IMG/VR virus record: IMGVR_UViG_3300035661_000001
Location: 372,001 to 436,000 of that record
Length of the DNA stretch: 64,000 nt
Reading direction: 5' to 3' (one strand)
The position numbers were made by a program, and so were the translations under genes. Positions 61,367-64,000 of the stretch are shown here, piece by piece. The stretch's first letter is position 1; the number at the start of each line of letters is the position of its first letter. The notes beneath the pieces were generated by a model. That model worked only from the letters and a program-made list of their open reading frames with translations. It was not told the DNA's origin and searched no databases.

Positions 61367-61957
61367 AGAGGAACGAAGGTGTTGAGCCTTCATAAGTTCT
61401 ACTTCGACGCCCGAGCCCGTACCCATCGCGAGCGGTACGGGCAGGCGATGTTCAACCATCTCTTCGAGGTCCGTCGGGATCTCGCGAATGAGATTCGTGG
61501 AACGGACAATGATCCGTTCTATGTCGAAAAGCTCTCCCATCCCAATTGGGATCTCTTCGTGGAGTAGTTCGAGACGAACTGGAGAGTTCCTCCGCCGGTC
61601 ATCGTCGATATCGAGGCGCTTGCTGCGTTCACTGAACGACGACTCGACAGTGACGTCGCGGCGGAATAAAAGTTAGTGTAAAAAGACGGGATACGAAACC
61701 TAAATCCCATCTGTTGCTCCTCAGATCCGATGATGTAGTTCTCGAAAGAGAATCATCGGAGTCGCCAGCCCAGGCGTCAGGTTCAGAAATATGGGGACTA
61801 CCTTTTGAATTAGATGTTATGAATCCCAAACTTGACATTTGATTATTTTTTTTGATACGGCGGAAAGGATAGTGCCCTGCGTTGGTGCGTCCGCCGTGTT
61901 TCTTTTCACCCATCCACCAAGCAACGTCAACCAGATACATCGAAGGGTTACCTAAAG

Positions 61958-62589
61958 ATGAAGTTCCGTAAGACCAATGGTTCCGTGGTTCTGACCCGTG
62001 CCGCCGCCATCGCCGTCCTTTGCATCCTCGTCGCGGCGGGATTGGCTCACGGTTCTGGAGCGCCGAGCACGAGAACTACCACGTTCGCCGCGCCTGCTGG
62101 GTCGCGGACAACATGCCCATCCCCGAGACCACGCCCGAGCGCGTCGCGCTGTTCAAGGGTCTGATGCCCAACCACTTCAAGCGGATCGCCCATCACATGC
62201 GCGACGACCTCGCCAAGCAGGCGAAGAACGCCGGGCTCATCGAGCAGGCGGAGAAGCACAACGCCAAGGCGACGGTCCTCCGCGCGGCGGAGCCCGAGAA
62301 GTTCGACGCGCTCCTCGCCTGGCTCCCCATCAACAAGCGCGAGCTGCGCAAGCTCGGCGAGAACCCGGACAGTTCCCAGGCGGATTACAACGCTCTGTCG
62401 ACGCTGTGTGATCAGATCGACGACTGGCTCCGCGAGCGGTGCCAGGTTCCGGTGCCCGAGAAGTTCAAGCCCATCGCCTCCGACGACTTCGATGCGTGGA
62501 AGAGCGTGGTCGGCGAGTCAATCTACGCCCATCTCTTCGTCTCGGATCCGGCGTTCATCGACGCCATCGCTGCCACCCCGGCGGTCTGA
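61958..62589 (+). CDS. Hypothetical protein, probably frameshifted near 62045
   Basis: The GC3-rich frame switches from the 61958 ORF to the 62020 ORF around 62040-62055. Confidence 0.5.
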
Positions 62590-62641
62590 TCGCTTCGCTG
62601 ATCCCATCAACTTCAACTCACATCCCAAGGAGAGATACAGC

Positions 62642-62860
62642 ATGCACATCAAGGTGACCTCGAATGGCGGCGTTTACGGACGCTTCAGCTACAACCCGAA
62701 CGTGGAGAGCGGTCCGGGTTCCGAACAGGAAGCCCGCACCAGCGCGGCGAAGGTGATCGACATGCACAAGTCCCACAAGGGTGACAAGACGGCGACCAGC
62801 CCATCGTCCAGCGCGAGCTACGAGATCGTCAACGACGACGGCAAGTACCCGCTCGGCTGA
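62642..62860 (+). CDS. Hypothetical protein
   Basis: AAGGAG RBS, MHIKVTSNGG... Confidence 0.6.
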   Translation: MHIKVTSNGGVYGRFSYNPNVESGPGSEQEARTSAAKVIDMHKSHKGDKTATSPSSSASYEIVNDDGKYPLG

Positions 62861-62875
62861 AGCATCATGCTTGAC

Positions 62876-62920
<45 letters not shown>

Positions 62921-63268
62921 TCGTCGGCGCGCAGGTGGCAATCGATGCCGCTTGTGCGCAGCTCGGACCCGAGCTTACCCCTGGTGAGCTGATATGTGGG
63001 ATCATCGCTTTGTCGGCGACCCATCCACTGTTCAGAACGATCGATGTTGCCATCCTGCGACAGCAGTTGCAGGAACAACTTGATCTGCTAGCGGTTCAGC
63101 TCAACTGACCCATCGGCTGAGATAGCTTTTCTCATGTAGAGTACATACCAACCTATACCTGCAAACGGAATGGGAAGGTTGGTTCAGCGGGTTAACGGCG
63201 AGTCGCCGGAGCCATCCAACAACAAGAACTACGATGACTCGGGGAAACCCGGAAAGAAGGATGAATCA

Positions 63269-63781
63269 ATGAGCACGATGAAGTACGACGGGATTGTGAT
63301 CACGAAGAATGCGGACGGCGGCGTGGACCGCGATGCGCTCTACCTGGAATGGCTCGACAAGGACGCCCGGGAGCAGGGTGATCGCTTCACCGCCTGGGAG
63401 AAGAACTTCCAGGAGACCATGGTGATCAAGGGGAAGTGGTTTCCAATCGTTCACGAGGCGCTGATCGGATTCCTCAAGAACCCGGCGCAGCAGCAGTCGT
63501 GGCTGCCCCTCACCCTGGTGACGGACATGATCTACGGCTCGCTTCTCCAGTCCGGCAAGATCGCGCTCGACCGTTCGGCGAGCGGCGTGAAGGACATCAT
63601 CGGCGAGTACATTGAGAGCCAGTGCGGCGACGCCAAGGAAAACCCCGAGGCGCTGCTCTTCGCCGAGTCGTCGAAGCGCGGGAAGGGTACGCGGATCACC
63701 TTCCGCCTCAACCCGAAGTACCGCGAGGCGCTCAACGCGCCGCCCCCGGCGGCTGCGCCGGAGGTTCCCGCCGACGCCTGA
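63269..63781 (+). CDS. Hypothetical protein
   Basis: AAGGA RBS, very high GC3, 170 aa. Confidence 0.7.
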   Translation: MSTMKYDGIVITKNADGGVDRDALYLEWLDKDAREQGDRFTAWEKNFQETMVIKGKWFPIVHEALIGFLKNPAQQQSWLPLTLVTDMIYGSLLQSGKIALDRSASGVKDIIGEYIESQCGDAKENPEALLFAESSKRGKGTRITFRLNPKYREALNAPPPAAAPEVPADA

Positions 63782-64000
63782 TCGAACTGAACGACCCGAG
63801 GGTTCCTTGGCAGCGATGCCGGGGAGCCCTATGGGCGTTTGAAAAGAGGCGGAAAAGTATCCGCCCATCTGTGTGAGGGCATCATCATGAACAAGTTCCA
63901 GAGCTTCAAGTTCCAGGCACGCCTCAAGCTGACCGCCGAGAACCTCGGTTTCCTCGCGATGACCTCGACGCTCGTCGTCGTTGCGGTGACGCCCGTGGTC

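Overview
This window looks like part of a large (jumbo-type) bacteriophage genome made of two very different halves. Left half (1 to ~39.5 kb, roughly 30% GC by eye): a DnaB helicase, sigma70-family factor, nrdB/nrdA, PIN-PhoH, methionine aminopeptidase, IF-1, RF2, thyX, IMPDH/GMP reductase, dUTPase, HD hydrolase, two DEDDh exonucleases, an N6-adenine methyltransferase, SET, macro-like, kinase-like, CHAP and trypsin-like proteins, two tail-fibre-like genes and four free-standing homing endonucleases. About 14 small proteins here share a basic/hydrophobic C-terminal tail (K-A-F-[W/L/I]-like). Right half (~39.6 to 64 kb, roughly 60-65% GC): dozens of short, co-oriented (+) hypothetical genes. 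The most unusual signal is in this half. The hexamer CCCATC occurs about 175 times on the + strand (hand count; about 5 on the - strand), typically every ~100 bp, in all three reading frames, in intergenic gaps, directly after many stop codons and inside two tRNA-like elements. The region is divided into transcription units, each opened by an intrinsic terminator, one or two 33-bp head-to-head pairs of sigma54 -24/-12 elements (GG-N10-GC-N5-GC-N10-CC) and a CCCATCC(TCTA)-type leader. My inference is a host-adapted early or first-injected region marked by a periodic oriented DNA/RNA signal. All counts and family calls were made by eye, without database searches.
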